Shown here: piece after piece, positions 62,605 through 64,000 of the stretch | Layout of the letters: every line of letters begins with the position of its first letter | Position numbering within the stretch: position 1 is the stretch's first letter | Origin: an uncultured Acidimicrobiales bacterium | GTDB taxonomy: Bacteria; Actinomycetota; Acidimicrobiia; Acidimicrobiales; SZUA-35 | Direction of reading: 5' to 3' | Assembly (NCBI GenBank): GCA_937922805.1 | Contig: CALAJV010000013.1 | Coordinates: 8,879 to 72,878, forward strand | DNA length: 64,000 nt | Notes under the pieces: model-generated | The model's input: the letters and a program-made list of their open reading frames with translations, nothing else | Told to the model about the DNA's origin: nothing | The model's database searches: none | Translations under genes and position numbers: made by a program

Positions 62605-63999
62605 CTAAACAGCGCTTGGCTTCGACCGCCGTCGCCGGCCAGCAACAACGACTAACCCGAGACCCATTCCTACTATTAGTAGAGCTAACGAAACGAGTGT
62701 TCGGCTTTCGCCGCCAGTGAAGGCTAAGTCAGGCATCTGCAGGTACCCGGCGTCAACATCAGGGACACGATCGCCAGGTCCAACGTTGAACACCCCAGTT
62801 GTGAACGAAGCTGGGTCGGCATCATTGTCGCCACCAGATCCAAGGGTTCCTCGGAACCCTTCCGGAGGGGTAAATCGCATCCTGTATGGTCCGGGCTCCA
62901 CGTCGAAGAAATAGTTGCCGTCGGCGTCGGTCACCGTTGTGATCGGGTCGCCGTTCGCATCCAGAACCGGGTTGCCGTCAGCATCGAGAAGCTCGACCAA
63001 AATACCACTGAATACGTCTTCATCCAGACCTAGCAGACCATCTTCGTTGGCATCATGCCACAGCGTGCCGGCGATACTGGCCAAGACTCCGGTGTAGTTT
63101 GATGGGTCTTCGTCGCCGACACCTGAGACGGGTAGCCCGTCGAGGCCGAGCATCGGGGCGTACACGCTTGGATCGGTTGGCCAAGTGCTTGGATCGTCAA
63201 GATCACATCCACACGTTGATGGATCGGGCAATACAAGATCGCCAGCAACCGATGAGTTGTTGGTGTACGGTCCAGCCGATGCTGTACCTTCACCCTGACA
63301 AGTTACGACTGAGCCGGGCAACAGCAAGGGGATCACATTCGTGTCGCCATCATTGCCGAAGTCGCCATCATTGTTGAGATCACAGTGAACTGTCACTCCT
63401 TGATCGTCAGTGACGGTAGCGTCAGCAATTGGCGTGTTGCCTATATTGGTGACAACGTAGCTCCAAGTAACTGGCGCTCCCGAAGCGATCTCTTCGCCCG
63501 GCGCCTCATCAGAGTCGGAGCCATTGGTAGCCTTCTCCAAGTCAATGCCTGGACCGTTTCCGTGATAGTGCGACGGGTCATTGTCTTTTACCGGGCCGAC
63601 TGGGGCCCCGTCGGCGGCAACGATTGGAGTGAACCCTGATGGATCGGTTGGCCAGGTCGAAGGATCGAACGGGTCACAACCACAAGTTTCCGGGTTTGGC
63701 ACCAACGGAGTACCGGAAATGGAGCCATTGTTTTCATAGGCACCAACTTCAGCGGTTCCCGACCCTTCGCAAGTAACGGAAGCTCCGATCGCCATAAACT
63801 GGATTGTGTTCGTTCCATCAAACACACCGTCGCCATCAACATCGCAGCTAACGGTTACCCCTTGGTCGTCGGTTACTACCGCGTCGGCCAAAGGCACGTT
63901 GCCAGTGTTGGTTATTACGTAGGTCCAAGTGATTGTTTCGCCCACATCAAACGCTGGCCCAGGGGCCACGTCGGCATCGGCCCCGTTGGTTGACTTTTC
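62605..63999 (-). CDS. Sortase-anchored surface protein: DUF11/DUF7507-like repeats, SdrD B-like domain, LAFTG motif; 5' end outside the window
   Basis: LEKATNG..TWSYVVTNIGN repeats, IAGTLWHDANEDG..TTVTDADGNYFF, then LAFTG + TM + RRRRSK. The frame stays open to the window edge. Confidence 0.9.
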   Translation of the reverse strand, partial: EKSTNGADADVAPGPAFDVGETITWTYVITNTGNVPLADAVVTDDQGVTVSCDVDGDGVFDGTNTIQFMAIGASVTCEGSGTAEVGAYENNGSISGTPLVPNPETCGCDPFDPSTWPTDPSGFTPIVAADGAPVGPVKDNDPSHYHGNGPGIDLEKATNGSDSDEAPGEEIASGAPVTWSYVVTNIGNTPIADATVTDDQGVTVHCDLNNDGDFGNDGDTNVIPLLLPGSVVTCQGEGTASAGPYTNNSSVAGDLVLPDPSTCGCDLDDPSTWPTDPSVYAPMLGLDGLPVSGVGDEDPSNYTGVLASIAGTLWHDANEDGLLGLDEDVFSGILVELLDADGNPVLDANGDPITTVTDADGNYFFDVEPGPYRMRFTPPEGFRGTLGSGGDNDADPASFTTGVFNVGPGDRVPDVDAGYLQMPDLAFTGGESRTLVSLALLIVGMGLGLVVVAGRRRRSKPSAV

Positions 64000-64000
64000 A

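Overview
Chromosomal segment from a moderately GC-rich actinobacterium, probably Acidimicrobiia-like. That placement is inferred from an N-terminal DivIVA protein, an MhuD-type heme oxygenase, an F420-type LLM enzyme, an LAFTG sortase signal and many TANNNT-near-start-codon genes. About 45 CDS and two tRNAs (Ala-TGC, Gly-CCC) are visible; I saw no integrase, transposase or CRISPR-cas genes. The left third is mostly housekeeping and signalling: DivIVA coiled-coil, EAL/GGDEF, xseAB, polyprenyl synthase, a two-component system and prfC. The rest is rich in orphan modular secreted proteins. The best candidate for an undescribed system is at 30.4-37.0 kb on the minus strand. Two near-identical 60-nt hairpins with C/U-rich (anti-Shine-Dalgarno-like) loops precede a tightly packed three-gene operon: an Ig-like domain fused to an unknown helical domain, an Lcp/MpaB (DUF2236) heme oxygenase-like protein, and a class III nucleotidyl cyclase-STAND NTPase-TPR protein. 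The operon converges on a secreted protein with an Asp-Gly-Tyr repeat tail. The hairpin loops are complementary to G-rich motifs next to several start codons in the window. All family calls come from motif recognition by eye; no database search was run.
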